This document shows positions 63,219-64,000 of a stretch of DNA of 64,000 nucleotides, piece by piece. Each line of letters opens with the position of its first letter. The stretch's first letter is position 1. The notes beneath the pieces were generated by a model. The model had not been told where the DNA came from. It did not search any database and saw nothing but the letters and a program-made list of their open reading frames with translations. The DNA is from Schizochytrium sp. TIO01 (lineage: Eukaryota; Protista; Bigyra: Labyrinthulomycetes), in NCBI GenBank assembly GCA_004764695.1, contig SMSO01000031.1:596436-660435 (forward strand), read 5' to 3'. Both the position numbers and the translations under genes were made by a program.

Positions 63219-64000
63219 TCAAGTCTTTGTGGATTGCTCAGGAGGAATCTTGGTAGCGAGAAACTTCCGCATACGTTGCACGAAGGCTCCAAAGTGTGGA
63301 ACACTCTCAAGTTTATCATCACCAACAATCCATCGAGGCAACTTTGCGACGATGTTTGGTCGCGCGTATCTGCTATCCATAAGGACCACAGCCGCGTAAT
63401 CATCACGATGACGGATGGCCCGACCGATGCATTGGTTTACTGCCTTCATACATAGGTTTTCATAAAAATCTTTGCTTGTCAGCTTAGGTTGGCCCGATAG
63501 CGCCATGGTCGCCATGCCTCGATCCAAGAACTCCATCTTTGCCTTTAGTTCAGGGTCCTGAGCATTGGGGAAGGGCAGACCTACCATGACAACACAACGC
63601 GCTAGCTCGTCCTTAAAGTTAATGCCCTCAGACAATTTGCCTCCTACAACAGAAAAGAGCAAGGCGCCACGGCGCGTCCGTGCTGCTGCTGCATAATTGT
63701 CCAAGAGGCGTTCCGCTTGATGTGCGTCTCGAGTATCACAAATAACAGTCTTCTTAGCCTCTAGACGCTCCCACTGCTTCTGAGACTTCCAGCGAGCAAA
63801 CAATTGTTCAGCGTATGAATACGAAGGCAAAAATACCACAACGCCATATGGGATGATTGTGCACATATTCACTAAACTGCGTACAATCTCATCCATGACA
63901 ACATGCTGGGTACGATTAGCAAATGTAAGCTCAAGTGGAGTCCGTGTTGGCCCAGTTCCCATGCAAAGGCACAACATATTCTCCTTCGGGATGACATGGC
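63219..64000 (-). CDS. DDX11: DDX11/CHL1 DNA helicase, C-terminal helicase domain (5' part outside window)
   Basis: HVIPKEN at the window edge, GVVVFLPSY, LFSVVGGKLSEGINFKDELARCVVMVGLPFPN, FYENLCMKAVNQCIGRAIRHRDDYA, DSRY, KLPRWI. Confidence 0.95.
   Translation of the reverse strand, partial: HVIPKENMLCLCMGTGPTRTPLELTFANRTQHVVMDEIVRSLVNMCTIIPYGVVVFLPSYSYAEQLFARWKSQKQWERLEAKKTVICDTRDAHQAERLLDNYAAAARTRRGALLFSVVGGKLSEGINFKDELARCVVMVGLPFPNAQDPELKAKMEFLDRGMATMALSGQPKLTSKDFYENLCMKAVNQCIGRAIRHRDDYAAVVLMDSRYARPNIVAKLPRWIVGDDKLESVPHFGAFVQRMRKFLATKIPPEQSTKT

Overview
Eukaryotic nuclear DNA, shown by GT-AG spliceosomal introns with CTAAC/CTGAC branch points and a Pol III tRNA without encoded CCA. Gene content and dense tetranucleotide microsatellites suggest a stramenopile protist such as a thraustochytrid; this is inference only. 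The window has two parts. Bases 1-33 kb hold no recognisable intact gene: microsatellites, AT-rich tracts and coding-like debris, including a diverged head-to-head inverted duplication at about 30.5-33.2 kb. Bases 33.4-64 kb are gene-dense: a PARP6/8-like mono-ADP-ribosyltransferase (two frameshifts), a type II membrane GT49 (LARGE-like) + Stealth fusion, two paralogous CRAL-TRIO + FABP-like proteins, ATG4 (one extra base just after the catalytic Cys), five-exon SYS1, a five-exon TMEM218-like gene the ORF track does not assemble, an orphan GT-A-like type II protein, tRNA-Thr(CGU), an ELOVL6-type elongase and the 3' end of DDX11/CHL1. The best novelty candidates are the GT49-Stealth fusion (possible eukaryotic phosphoglycan polymerase) and the CRAL-TRIO/FABP-like lipid-transfer pair. 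All assignments come from motif recognition by eye; no searches were run.
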